A DNA stretch of 64,000 nucleotides from an uncultured cyanobacterium (lineage in GTDB: Bacteria; Cyanobacteriota; Cyanobacteriia; Pseudanabaenales; Pseudanabaenaceae): contig OY969811.1 in NCBI GenBank assembly GCA_963703315.1, positions 4,000,001 through 4,064,000 of the forward strand, read 5' to 3'. Shown here in pieces: positions 20,548 to 30,906 of the stretch (its first letter is position 1; each line of letters begins with the position of its first letter). Under the pieces are notes generated by a model. That model was not told the origin of the DNA. It did not search any database and saw only the letters and a program-made list of their open reading frames with translations. Made by a program: the position numbers and the translations under genes.

Positions 20548-20709
20548 TTAGTGCTTAGATTTACGAACACCGATAAAGCCACTTGCCGCAAGATCCACAA
20601 ACAAAAAGCGATCGCCATAGGAAATAACATAGGGATCGTCAGTAACTTCCCATCCATCTTTAATAACTGCTTCTTTTACAGTCTCATGAATGGAGTCTCT
20701 AGCTGGCAA
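20548..20709 (-). pseudogene. xisH: XisH-family gene, internally deleted
   Basis: A TTG start gives PARDSIHETVKEAVIKDGWEVTDDPY..VDLAA, then a premature stop. The C-terminal EITQWIP survives in another frame, overlapping the xisI start. Confidence 0.8.
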
Positions 20710-20799
20710 ATTATTTACTCCTCGTTTGTTAATTTCTTGCCTATTATGATAATTGTTTTGTTGCCATCGTAAGCGATCACCTTCAAGATATTCACAACA

Positions 20800-21420
20800 T
20801 CAAACTTCTATTTCTGCAATCTTGCGTAAAACTTGCCATGCTACCTCTAACTCACCCCGATTAACCAGAGGAGCTAAAACCTGAGACATCCCATATTGCT
20901 TATCCTCTAACTTCAAAAACACAATGTCATCACCATTCGTCAACATCGCAAAAGTCGGACGTTCGCCATTCGGACTAGCCATCAAATAAGCCAAAGTTTG
21001 CGGCAAAGCCGACCAAACCGAAAGCATCGTTTTCTTTGACTCCAAAACAATAATCCACAGGCGATCGCGCAATACCAACACATCGATTCGCCCCTGTAGA
21101 GTTTCTTCACTATCAGATACATTGATCAGCACAGATTCTTCCGCTTTGATAAGAAAAGGTGGATCGTATAAACCAGCGATCGTCAGTAATGGAGAAACTA
21201 GCAATAACATCACTGTACTTTCTAGCAAATGTCCACTAGAACGATGATAAATATAACGCCGCCATAGAATCTCTAGATTGGCGTGATCGCTGGCATTGAT
21301 CTCAGGAAGTTTGTCATACCATTCTGTAAAAAACTCTGTCGATTCACTACGACTCAAGCCAAACTTTTGCTCTGCGTCAGCGATCGTTGTGACAGTCTCA
21401 GTAACGGCTAGCGTTTGCAT
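20800..21420 (-). CDS. PD-(D/E)xK restriction-endonuclease-like protein (HsdR N-terminal-like)
   Basis: GRIDVLVL..IVLESKK..PQTLAYL..LTNG motifs. Confidence 0.75.
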   Translation of the reverse strand: MQTLAVTETVTTIADAEQKFGLSRSESTEFFTEWYDKLPEINASDHANLEILWRRYIYHRSSGHLLESTVMLLLVSPLLTIAGLYDPPFLIKAEESVLINVSDSEETLQGRIDVLVLRDRLWIIVLESKKTMLSVWSALPQTLAYLMASPNGERPTFAMLTNGDDIVFLKLEDKQYGMSQVLAPLVNRGELEVAWQVLRKIAEIEV

Positions 21421-21560
21421 AGTGAATACTTTGAATGAGTAGTTAGATTTACAATAACAAGCTTTAAAGAAATTTCAGCGATCTAATGATCTGTAGTTTA
21501 GCAATTGACTTATCAAAATCTATGCAGTCACCAGTCTAGCAATTACGCATTGCTTAGAGG

Positions 21561-22955
21561 TTATTCATCATCATCAGAATATTGCGCTGGTGCTTTACCT
21601 TTTTGATCGATTACTTTTGGCTTTTTGAGTTTAGGATCAGGATCATCAATACTTTCCAAGACCACATTAAACTCCCACCAGTCACCAAAATCAAATATAT
21701 AGGTAATGCGATCGCCCTTACTAATTTGCCAATCTCTAATCACGATCTCATCGGTAAAGCCATCTCCTTCACCATGCTGAGTATAGGGATGATAAATACT
21801 CTTAACAAAGCCCTGCCGATCTTTGTAGGTGAATTGATGGAGATGATCGTTATCAAAATCAAAGGCTTTGAGAATTGCCGAACTAAAATCGTAGAGCGTC
21901 AGATGAGAAGGAATCGCAATCTTTCGCCAGACAGTCTCTGTAGAAAATTTATCCTTAGATTTCTGAATATAGGTTTGTAGGGATACTTTAAAAATGAAGA
22001 TCCCATCTTGGGCTTCAGGCTCAGGTAGCTGTAAATTGTTCTCCCATTCGGGAAATAAATCCAGCGCTTGAAATTCCTCTTGTAAGATCTGGGTGGGAGT
22101 TGACTTCTGCACGACTACATTGAGTTTAGTTTCTAGAGACTGTGGTTCAGATGGTGGTTCTATCAACAAATCTAAAAGATCATCCCCTGAGTCAGTCAAC
22201 ATTCCCTTTTTCCAATTTGTTTTCTCCAATAGCTCCATTATGGCTTTCCCAAAGGGGGATACTTTTGCCTTGGTTAACCGCCAGCCTTTGCCTGCTAGGG
22301 GTTTCGTATCTTCTAATTCCACAAATCCAAATAAATGTAACAAAGCCGCATTGTGTAACTTCAAACGATTTAGCCAATCGTTACTTTTAGAACTATTAGT
22401 AGAATTATTAGTAAAGTTTAAGTTCTCTTTAGCTATAGTATCCCAAGAAGTAAATACAAAAAACCATTCAGGCAGAACACGGCGATCATTGTTCATAATG
22501 TCTTCACTGGCATAATAAATCCATGTCGCCAGCAGATTAAAATACTTCTCGATCGCATTTAGTCTTTGCCATGATGTTAAAACTTGAGGATCAACGCGTA
22601 ATAGATTCTTCTTTTTGTCTGCTTGCACCACCGAGAGTCCTGAGCCACGTAATAGCAAATAGAGTCCATGAATATAGGGATAGGACTTTTGGCTAGGACG
22701 CTGAAAATCAATGGTGATCGGGTGACTGAGGCGACTGTTGAGATCAGCAAGATGTTTAGAGGCGATCGCGTGTTGATTAGCACTGACCTCGACTTTGTGA
22801 AGTTGTAAGAACTCGATAAAAGTCTCAAAATCTTGCACAATTGCATTCGGTTGATTCGTATTAAAAATCTGTTGACTTAATAATTGCCTAGATGAATTTG
22901 ATAAAGGTTTTTTCTTTGGATTATTAATGGGAAATAAATGCAGTAAATTTGGCAT
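21561..22955 (-). CDS. Plasmid pRiA4b ORF-3-family domain protein
   Basis: C-terminal VWRKIAIP..TLYDF..I..AFDFDNDHLHQF..YIFDFGDWWEF. Confidence 0.8.
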   Translation of the reverse strand: MPNLLHLFPINNPKKKPLSNSSRQLLSQQIFNTNQPNAIVQDFETFIEFLQLHKVEVSANQHAIASKHLADLNSRLSHPITIDFQRPSQKSYPYIHGLYLLLRGSGLSVVQADKKKNLLRVDPQVLTSWQRLNAIEKYFNLLATWIYYASEDIMNNDRRVLPEWFFVFTSWDTIAKENLNFTNNSTNSSKSNDWLNRLKLHNAALLHLFGFVELEDTKPLAGKGWRLTKAKVSPFGKAIMELLEKTNWKKGMLTDSGDDLLDLLIEPPSEPQSLETKLNVVVQKSTPTQILQEEFQALDLFPEWENNLQLPEPEAQDGIFIFKVSLQTYIQKSKDKFSTETVWRKIAIPSHLTLYDFSSAILKAFDFDNDHLHQFTYKDRQGFVKSIYHPYTQHGEGDGFTDEIVIRDWQISKGDRITYIFDFGDWWEFNVVLESIDDPDPKLKKPKVIDQKGKAPAQYSDDDE

Positions 22956-22990
22956 AATGTTTGTAACGATGGTTAATGATAGAAAGTTAA

Positions 22991-24229
22991 CTAAACAAAA
23001 TCAGAAGAATCAATAAATGTCTCCCCCTTGGGGATTCTGTCAGAAGCAAGTAGATAGGTCATAATTCTTGCACCAATTTTTTCACTGCCTGATGTTTTGG
23101 ATATGAAAGATGTTGCGCCGACTAGCTTTGCGCGAATTCGATCAATGAGCGTGTCATTACTAGTTAAAATCAAAATTGGTGTATCTTTAAACTCTGGAAT
23201 TCGACGAATTTGAGTACAGAGTTCGTATCCACCAACGACTGGCATGATTAAATCCAAAATAATTATTTCTGGCTTATGCTCTACTAGTAATGGCAATACA
23301 TTAATAGAATCTCGAATCCCTAAAAAGCCAAATTCAAGATCCGTAACAATCTGTTCGATCATGGCACATACTTGATTGCTATCATCTATGCAAGCAATCA
23401 AGGGTCTTGCTAACGGTTCTAGCTTTTTCTGGCGCTGATTGCTATCTGGTAGAGCAGGTTCAGATTTTGTGGATTCATTGGCAAAAGACGATGAAACAGG
23501 CACTGGAATATCAGCAACCTCGGCTAGACCGACCATTCCACGATGATAATATGCCATCAATGACTGAAAAAGCGTGAGTAAATCCTTCTTCATCCATACC
23601 GATAGCTCCCGTAGCGATCGCCTTCCATCCAAAATCGTAATTAACGTTTTATAGGTAAGTTCCGAAGCTTCTTCTTTGAGTTGTACAGGACGCTTAATCC
23701 AAGGAGCAAGATTTGGCGAAAAGTCAGCGATGCCTGCTTTGCGCCATACTAACCATTCTTGGTAGGCGCGATCGATCGCTGTTTCCGCATGAATTAGCGC
23801 AATCGCAGGCGTGATCTCGTCTTCAAAATCGCAATAATAGGTGATACGTTCATTCGCCGCCGTTTGGATAATGTCGAATAATACTTCCTGCACAAAACTC
23901 TCGATGATTGGGAAGATTTGCTCACGGGTTAAGGTCATGCGCTTCATCAAAATTACGAGTACCTGATAGTCCCATAGCCGCAGCTCTTCTTCAGTACGCA
24001 GAGAAATTTTGTTGAAGTCTATTTGGAGTTTGTGCTGTCCCATCAATCTGCGCCAACGACGATGGTTATGTACTCCCCCCGAAGCCCATACCAATCTACC
24101 GTGACAATAATAAATATTCCATTTGTAATCCTTGACACTATAAAGTTCCAGCTTGCCAGTAAACTGCTTGCGACCATAGCCGCATAACTGTTCTACAAGG
24201 CTATAAACAGCTAGGTTATCTGTATCCAT
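22991..24229 (-). CDS. PatA-family response regulator (PATAN/DUF4388 + receiver)
   Basis: FTGKL..W.IY...GRLVWA.GG.H..RRW.R N-terminus; C-terminal receiver CIDDS..LDLIMP..GYELC..LT..K. Confidence 0.88.
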   Translation of the reverse strand: MDTDNLAVYSLVEQLCGYGRKQFTGKLELYSVKDYKWNIYYCHGRLVWASGGVHNHRRWRRLMGQHKLQIDFNKISLRTEEELRLWDYQVLVILMKRMTLTREQIFPIIESFVQEVLFDIIQTAANERITYYCDFEDEITPAIALIHAETAIDRAYQEWLVWRKAGIADFSPNLAPWIKRPVQLKEEASELTYKTLITILDGRRSLRELSVWMKKDLLTLFQSLMAYYHRGMVGLAEVADIPVPVSSSFANESTKSEPALPDSNQRQKKLEPLARPLIACIDDSNQVCAMIEQIVTDLEFGFLGIRDSINVLPLLVEHKPEIIILDLIMPVVGGYELCTQIRRIPEFKDTPILILTSNDTLIDRIRAKLVGATSFISKTSGSEKIGARIMTYLLASDRIPKGETFIDSSDFV

Positions 24230-24526
24230 GTGTCATCCATGCGTCATCTAGATTTTGACGAAAGCATATTTAATATATAGCAATCCTAAATGGTTTGTGA
24301 AAGAATGCGCCTTTTGGGTACTTTCTTTTACTAAAAACCAGAATCAAAACCTGTGGCGCACGCTAAGCGTACGCCACAGGTTTTAGGGTTTTATATTTAA
24401 TTGTGCCTAGATACTTAATTTCTTGATTATCGGTAGGTATTCACAACCGATTCTGTAGTATCTTGATGGAGACTTGGCGATCTCCATATTTTAATTTTTT
24501 GTAATTTTTAGGTTTGTTCCATACCC

Positions 24527-26245
24527 ATGTCGAAGTCATCTAGAACCAATAAATCTGCATCAAAAAAGCAATCGATGCTACTGATGTACATAGGCATCGG
24601 GGCTGCTGTCATCGCCACAGGAGCAGGGGGAGCTTATTTCTATTTTGCTCAGCGATCGCAGGCAATTAAAGGGATTTTGGGCGCGGCAGCAGCGATACCG
24701 CAAGAGGCGCAAGTAGTGATGGCATTTAATACCAAGACTGAGCCTTGGAATAAACTGGCGCAATTTGGGACACCTGCCTCGCAAAAGCTGATCGCCGACG
24801 GAATTACCAAGTCACCACTAAATTCTTTACTAGTCCAAAGCAAAACTGAATATAGTCGGGATGTGCAGCCTTGGCTAGAGGGTTACATCATTACAGCGCT
24901 GGTGCAGAATAAATCGCAACCGCAAGCACCTGCGGCAACTTTAGTAATTGCGCCAACCCGCGATCGCGCTAAATCTGATGCTTTTTTGACCAAATATCGT
25001 GAGGCTTTGACACAGCAAGGGGCAAGGTTTACCGCCAAGCAGTACAAAGATGTCACCTATTACGAATCTCCATCTCGCGATCCCAATAACAGTGTGGTCA
25101 CTGCGGATATCGGGGGGCAGTATGTGGCGATCTCTACGAGTTCGACCTTAATCCAACAGGCGATCGATACCTACAAAGGTAGTAATCCTTCCCTTGCCAA
25201 AAAACCGATTTTTGCCAAGATTTATGGCTCTACGACCGACACTAAAATTGCGGAGCCTTTGCTACAGGTTTATCTAGATGGTGATGTTGCTCTAGAATTT
25301 ATTGGCTCTCAAGCAAATCTCAATCTCAACGAAGCGGCGATCGCCCAGTCCAAGCGTGAATTGGATGCGATGACTCTGACGGGTGGTACGCAAAAGGAAG
25401 GCTTACGCTTTGAGATTAATACCTATCTCAAGAGTGACAATACTAATCCTCTAGCGAATAATGAAGCGAAGGTCTTAAGTCTGCTGCCCCAAGAAACTTT
25501 CTTACTAGTTTCGGGTGTCAATCTCTACCAGTCTTGGCAATCTCTAGTGGCTCAGGCAAAGGGAAATGCTAGTTCCGCTCAACTGATTGAGCAAATTCGC
25601 AAGGCGGTAAAAGATAGTACTAAGCTGGATCTCGATCAAGATATTCTCAAATGGATGAATGGAGAATTTGCGATCGCTGCCATTCCCAATAATCAAGGCA
25701 TTTTGGCAAATCCCGGATTTGGATTTGTGGCGATCGCCCAAGCCAATGATCAAAATGCTGCCAAAACTGCCCTCGACAAAATCGATAAAGTGGCTCAAGC
25801 ACCATCGGGTGGACTACTGCCCAAGGGAGTTGAGCTAAAGCCCAAACAAATAGGTGGTAAATCAATAACTGCTTGGGCGATCGGTAATACGAATGTGGCT
25901 ACACGCGGTAACTTAGACAATAATTTCGTATTTTGGTCAATGGGTGATCTAGCTGACACCTTTGTGCCGAAACCTGCGCGGACATTGCCTGAGAGCAGTC
26001 CTTTCCAAATTTTGACAACGGGGATTCCTAAGTCCAATGGTGGTTATTTTTATCTGAATATGACAACGGCTCTCACCCTTGCCGATCGCCTGTTACCCCC
26101 AGAAGTTAAGTCAAATCCCAACTTTACCGAAATCCGTGCAGTTCTTGATGCTATTAATGGCATTGCCGTAACCTCTACCAATGTCGATACCAAAACTACC
26201 CGCCTAGACTTCTTATTTACCCTCAAGCCTACCCCCGGTAACTAG
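24527..26245 (+). CDS. DUF3352-domain membrane-anchored protein
   Basis: N-terminal TM anchor; W.KLAQFGTP.SQ, DVQPWL and DIL.WM.GEFA motifs. Confidence 0.75.
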   Translation: MSKSSRTNKSASKKQSMLLMYIGIGAAVIATGAGGAYFYFAQRSQAIKGILGAAAAIPQEAQVVMAFNTKTEPWNKLAQFGTPASQKLIADGITKSPLNSLLVQSKTEYSRDVQPWLEGYIITALVQNKSQPQAPAATLVIAPTRDRAKSDAFLTKYREALTQQGARFTAKQYKDVTYYESPSRDPNNSVVTADIGGQYVAISTSSTLIQQAIDTYKGSNPSLAKKPIFAKIYGSTTDTKIAEPLLQVYLDGDVALEFIGSQANLNLNEAAIAQSKRELDAMTLTGGTQKEGLRFEINTYLKSDNTNPLANNEAKVLSLLPQETFLLVSGVNLYQSWQSLVAQAKGNASSAQLIEQIRKAVKDSTKLDLDQDILKWMNGEFAIAAIPNNQGILANPGFGFVAIAQANDQNAAKTALDKIDKVAQAPSGGLLPKGVELKPKQIGGKSITAWAIGNTNVATRGNLDNNFVFWSMGDLADTFVPKPARTLPESSPFQILTTGIPKSNGGYFYLNMTTALTLADRLLPPEVKSNPNFTEIRAVLDAINGIAVTSTNVDTKTTRLDFLFTLKPTPGN

Positions 26246-26337
26246 CTACAATTCCCCTCAATCCCCCTTAAAAAGGGGTAAGGTTATCACCCCTGCGACT
26301 TGACTAGATTGCATAGCGGCAATTGCTATATTAGCTA

Positions 26338-26440
26338 TAAGTAGCTAGGCATAAGTAAACTGAAACCTAGAAGCTTGTGCCGCCCGCGTAGCGGGCAGCA
26401 CAAGCTCTGGTTTTGGGTTTTAAATATGCTGAGCTACTTA
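26338..26440. mobile_element. MITE with TAAGTAGCT...AGCTACTTA ends
   Basis: Near-identical to 13667-13770; internal GCGTAGC-loop hairpin. Confidence 0.75.
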
Positions 26441-26476
26441 GAAATCAAAATATGAAATCAACACCTTTAACAAAAA

Positions 26477-27193
26477 ATGGTTACAGCAACACCTACGACC
26501 GACACTAGCGCCCGTGAACTATTTCAGGCAGCTTACGAAAATCGATATACATGGGATAGCAACTTTCCGGGATTGACCGCTAATGTATCGGTAGCGATCG
26601 ATGGAGTAGCTCGTACAGGCAAAGCTCGGATTAATGGCGATCTATCGGTAGAAGTGAGCATGGATCAACCCCAACTAGTTGAGCGCACCACCCGCGCTCC
26701 TAGTGGCGAAGAAAAGACTGTTTCCGTTGATGAAGGTCAAGAATGGCTCTACAACCAACTGCGTGATGTGGTCACCCACCGCAAGCGTAAAACCTTTGAA
26801 GAGGCTCATGGCAAATCTGCATTTAACCTCGGTGCAACTGATGAGTCAGGAGCCGTAGAGATTTTAGTTACTGGCGACTCGATGGGATCGAACTACAAAG
26901 TACGTGGTAACGAAATCTCAATGGTTAGCCGCGTGATGGGACGGATTGGCTTTGTAATTAATCACCTCGGTCATCTGGATACTGGCGAAGGTTATATTTC
27001 CTCTCTTTATACTGCGGTGTTCCGTAATCCGCAAACTGATGAAATTGTGCGTCAAGCTCGTTTTGAAGATATCTACGAAAAGATTGGTAATTACTATGTG
27101 ATGACCAAACAAATTGTGCAGTCCAACGAGCAAGGTCAAACCAAAAACTATGAAATTATCTTCAGCGATATTCAACTAAGTACCTCGGCATAA
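26477..27193 (+). CDS. DUF3386-domain protein
   Basis: ARELFQAAYENRYTWD.NFPG signature. Confidence 0.85.
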   Translation: MVTATPTTDTSARELFQAAYENRYTWDSNFPGLTANVSVAIDGVARTGKARINGDLSVEVSMDQPQLVERTTRAPSGEEKTVSVDEGQEWLYNQLRDVVTHRKRKTFEEAHGKSAFNLGATDESGAVEILVTGDSMGSNYKVRGNEISMVSRVMGRIGFVINHLGHLDTGEGYISSLYTAVFRNPQTDEIVRQARFEDIYEKIGNYYVMTKQIVQSNEQGQTKNYEIIFSDIQLSTSA

Positions 27194-27286
27194 TTCTAGA
27201 TCTAGCACCTGTAGCGCACGCGCAGCGTGCGCCACAGGTGCTAGATTTCTAAAAATGGCGTAGCCATTTTTAGTTTTGGTATAAGA

Positions 27287-28171
27287 TTGTCAGTCAATGC
27301 GGTGGGTTGGGATAAGAGTGCAAAGAGCGATAGAAATGCAACTATGAAAGCTGATCTAGAGCGACTATTAATTTCTGAAGTGGAATTGCTGGAATTGACA
27401 GGATTTGACCGTCAGCAGTTTCGGCAAGCACATCAGTTTACCCCTCGACAGATCAAGATCCAAAAAGCGATCGCTTTGGCAACTACGGCGATCGCTTTTG
27501 TGACATTTACCAGTATCTTTTTGCCTGCATTACAACTGGTTGGAATTATCTTTTTGATTAGTCTTACCTTGGGAGCGTTGGGTTTGGCGATCGAGTTAGC
27601 TGAAGTGGCAGTGTTATGTTTTGTGGTGACCTTAGCCTCAGCATTTTACGCGATTTATCTTTTGGCAGGAACGACATTAGGTGTCATTCTCTTATGTCTT
27701 GGCTTAGCGATCGCTAGTGGTGGTTTTGCGCTATTACTCACGAAATTGACTCATCAACAATGGCAAAAATCGAAGGTTGCTAATTCTAAAAATGTGATTC
27801 CCCCAGTAGTCATGCGTCTATTTAGGGAAGTTGATAAATGCAATAAAACTATTCGCGATATTGATGTATTTGATCAGTTAAAAAATGCAGGAAATCCCAT
27901 TAAATTAGAGTCTAGGGATTCGGCGATCGCCGCTTTGCGAATGACTCGTAATGACATTACCAGAGCATTAAAAACAGAACGAATCTTGAGAGAAAATCCC
28001 GACTTTCATCCAGACCGTTTTGATATTGATCTGAATGCATTTGAAGCAATGCAGATGCAGGAACGGGCTAAGGAATATGGACGTATTTTTGATACAACTT
28101 TGCAAATTGCGATCGATGTTCAAAAAGCGATGTCTGAATTGCAGGAATTTACTTCAGATTCACCGCCTTAG
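27287..28171 (+). CDS. Hypothetical membrane protein (likely start at 27344)
   Basis: Four hydrophobic segments and a C-terminal RALKTERILRENP motif. Confidence 0.7.
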   Translation: MSVNAVGWDKSAKSDRNATMKADLERLLISEVELLELTGFDRQQFRQAHQFTPRQIKIQKAIALATTAIAFVTFTSIFLPALQLVGIIFLISLTLGALGLAIELAEVAVLCFVVTLASAFYAIYLLAGTTLGVILLCLGLAIASGGFALLLTKLTHQQWQKSKVANSKNVIPPVVMRLFREVDKCNKTIRDIDVFDQLKNAGNPIKLESRDSAIAALRMTRNDITRALKTERILRENPDFHPDRFDIDLNAFEAMQMQERAKEYGRIFDTTLQIAIDVQKAMSELQEFTSDSPP

Positions 28172-28196
28172 CAATTGCTGTACTAAACTACTTAAG

Positions 28197-28289
28197 TAGG
28201 ACTTACGCAAAGCTAACGAATTTATTGGGTTTTGGGTAGATGTGGCGCGGGCTTTGCCCGCGCCACATCTACCCAATGCGTAAGTCCTA
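28197..28289. mobile_element. MITE with TAGGACTTACGCA...TGCGTAAGTCCTA ends
   Basis: 13-bp terminal inverted repeats enclosing the hairpin tgggtagatgtggcgcgggc-ttt-gcccgcgccacatctaccca. Confidence 0.75.
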
Positions 28290-28313
28290 TTAAGTTAGAA
28301 TAAGAAAATATTT

Positions 28314-28604
28314 ATGAATGATGATACAAGACTCGATAATTTGCTAGATGAAGACGAATTATTTCGTTTAGGGGGAAAAACATCTAATTTTGTAATCCTG
28401 TCTGCTGAGATTCGATATCAGCATATAAAAGTGGATGAATTAGAAAAACCCGTAGCTGCGATCGTCTATAACGGTTATACTTACAGCCTATTTCGGACTA
28501 GTACCGATTGGGCAGAAGTCGAAAAGCTAACTAATCGTCTATCCGCAGCTTATGTAATCACTGTGATTGCTAAAGGCTGGGCAATTTGGGTATTTGAATA
28601 TTAA
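28314..28604 (+). CDS. Hypothetical protein
   Basis: 96-aa ATG ORF between two MITEs; C-terminal KGWAIWVFE. Confidence 0.65.
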   Translation: MNDDTRLDNLLDEDELFRLGGKTSNFVILSAEIRYQHIKVDELEKPVAAIVYNGYTYSLFRTSTDWAEVEKLTNRLSAAYVITVIAKGWAIWVFEY

Positions 28605-28609
28605 AAGAC

Positions 28610-28759
28610 TAAGACTTACGCAGAAGTTGCTAAGACCCTCACCCCTAGCACCTCTCCCAAAAAGGGAGAGGTGAACAAGAAAAAGATTGTACTCCCCTTC
28701 TCCCTTTCTGGGAGAAGGGGTTGGGGGATGAGGGCAGTTTTTAACTTGCGTAAGTCCTA
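28610..28759. mobile_element. MITE with the same ends as 28197-28289 but a different interior
   Basis: taagacttacgca...tgcgtaagtccta enclosing a ccctcacccc..ctctccc..gggaga..gggggatgaggg REP-like unit. Confidence 0.72.
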
Positions 28760-28773
28760 AATCTCTTCTCTGT

Positions 28774-28877
28774 TATACCAATTCACGAAAGTGTGACAAC
28801 ATTTTTGTGAATTGAAAACCAAACCCAGTAAGGGTTTTTAAAACTAAAAATGGCGTAGCCATTTTTAGTTTTGGTAT
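28774..28877. mobile_element. MITE-like element with ATACCAA...TTGGTAT ends and two hairpins
   Basis: Matches the interrupted copy at 13630-13822 and a partial copy at ~27250-27283. Confidence 0.7.
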
Positions 28878-30772
28878 TAATTGCGTTGTTCAAGAAGTTC
28901 TGCAAAAGCCTGTTCAAAGTCTTCGTTCATAATCCGTAAGTTTTCTAGCAAATTAGAATGATCGCGCTGATGGCGACGAATTGCAAAGATAGCTGCACGA
29001 TTACTTAAAAAGGCGAGATCGGCTCCGTTCCAATTTTCAGTTTTCTCTGCCCAAATTGCTAAATTGAGATCTGTTGCAAGGGGGCGATCGCGATTATGCA
29101 CTTCCAAAATTGAGCTGCGACTATCGCGATCGGGTAAATCCACCATCATGTGCAGTTCGATTCTGCCCGATCGCAGTAAGGCAGGATCGATAAAATCACG
29201 GCGATTAGTTGCACCGATTACTAATAATCCTTCTGCTGATTGCAAGCCATCGAGTTCTGTGAGTAATTGACCAATCACGCGATCGCTTACACCACTATCG
29301 CCTTGATAGCTGCCTCGCGCAGGGGCAAGGGTATCAATCTCATCGATAAAGATCACACAGGGAGAGGCTTGACGCGCTTGGGCAAATAGTTGTCTGATGG
29401 ATTGCTCGGAAGCTCCTACCCATTTGGTGAGCAATTCTGAACCTGCAACGGAAATGAAATTTGCTTGGGCTTGAGTGGCGATCGCCTTGGCAAGTAAAGT
29501 TTTGCCCGTTCCCGGAGGACCATAGAGCAGTACACCTCTTGGAGCCTTAGCGCGAGTATGGGCATAGAGAGCAGGATCGACTAATGCCCCAGCGACGGCT
29601 TCTTGGAGGGTTTGTTTAACTTTGGATAGTCCACCAATTTCTGACCATTGGACTTTAGGAACTTGAATTTGCAGTGATCGCAAGACGGCAGGTTGGACTT
29701 GTTTCAGGGCAACTTCAAAATCCTCGCGATTTACATCCAGATTCTCAGGAATATCGGTCACACTTGCCACTTGTCGCCGCAGTGCATTAGTTGCCGCCAC
29801 TTGGCAGAGTCCTTTAATATCGGCTCCCACATAGCCATAGGCGCGATCGGCAATATCATCCAAATCGACATCACCAGTCAAAGGCATCGATCGCGTATGG
29901 ATTTCCAGAATCTCACGACGAGCCTTGCGATCGGGAATGGGGAAAATAATCTCGCGATCGAACCTTCCGGGGCGACGGAGCGCAGGATCGATCGCATCAG
30001 GACGATTAGTTGCGGCTAAGACAATCACGCCTTTTGTTTCTGCAAATCCATCCATTAACCCCAATAATTGCGCTACGAGTCGCTTCTCAACTTCTCCTTC
30101 TACATTGGCGCGATTAGGAACGAGGGCATCAATCTCATCGATAAATATCAAACAAGGAGAAGATTTCGCGGCTTTCTCAAACACCTGTCGTAATCGAGTT
30201 TCTGCTTCACCATAGTATTTACTAATAATCTCAGGTCCCACGATCGCAATGTAATTGACACCTAAGACATTGGCAAGCGATCTCGCCGTCAAGGTTTTGC
30301 CAGTTCCCGGAGGACCCACCAATAACACGCCCTTGGGTGGTTCTAGTCCTAACTTGGCTAGCACATCAGGACGCTTAAGCGGAATCTCTACTAAATCGCG
30401 CAACTGTGCCAAAGTATCGCCTAAGCCGCCCACTAATTCCGCGATCGCTGTTGGTTTTGCCTTAGGAGAATTATCTTGCGGTGGTTCAGGTTTAACGACA
30501 TCAGGTGAAGTCACTTCACTATTGCCGCCTGTTGCCGTAGCAGCACGAGGCGATCTGGGAATATTACTACGACGGGGAATGCTTGATAAAGGACGAGTGC
30601 TGACATTTACTTCCGTATGAATTTCGCCCGATTTTTGCTTTTCGTCTAATTTTTGCGCCAGATCGATGAGTTGATCGAGATTTAGCAACTGCTTGACATC
30701 ATCTACCAGAGATTCTAGACCTTCGACTTTAAAAGCAAATTTGTCCTTAAAACTATCTTTGTCATTACTCAT
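28877..30772 (-). CDS. CDC48/VCP-like double-AAA ATPase
   Basis: Two GPPGTGKT Walker A motifs, two IFIDEID Walker B motifs, and SRH ATNR.D.IDPAL.R.GR. Confidence 0.92.
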   Translation of the reverse strand: MSNDKDSFKDKFAFKVEGLESLVDDVKQLLNLDQLIDLAQKLDEKQKSGEIHTEVNVSTRPLSSIPRRSNIPRSPRAATATGGNSEVTSPDVVKPEPPQDNSPKAKPTAIAELVGGLGDTLAQLRDLVEIPLKRPDVLAKLGLEPPKGVLLVGPPGTGKTLTARSLANVLGVNYIAIVGPEIISKYYGEAETRLRQVFEKAAKSSPCLIFIDEIDALVPNRANVEGEVEKRLVAQLLGLMDGFAETKGVIVLAATNRPDAIDPALRRPGRFDREIIFPIPDRKARREILEIHTRSMPLTGDVDLDDIADRAYGYVGADIKGLCQVAATNALRRQVASVTDIPENLDVNREDFEVALKQVQPAVLRSLQIQVPKVQWSEIGGLSKVKQTLQEAVAGALVDPALYAHTRAKAPRGVLLYGPPGTGKTLLAKAIATQAQANFISVAGSELLTKWVGASEQSIRQLFAQARQASPCVIFIDEIDTLAPARGSYQGDSGVSDRVIGQLLTELDGLQSAEGLLVIGATNRRDFIDPALLRSGRIELHMMVDLPDRDSRSSILEVHNRDRPLATDLNLAIWAEKTENWNGADLAFLSNRAAIFAIRRHQRDHSNLLENLRIMNEDFEQAFAELLEQRN

Positions 30773-30906
30773 CGATGCGGTTTCCTATGGCTAATCTTCG
30801 GGGCGGCGATTATATTCTATGTTAGTGCTGATTCTAACTCTGATGTAGGGGCGATCGCATCAGCATAAAGTACAGAAAGCCGTGCATTATCATCAATAAA
30901 AAATTT

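Noticed and set aside
20551..20772. 73-aa plus-strand ORF
   Set aside because: Antisense to the xisH remnant.
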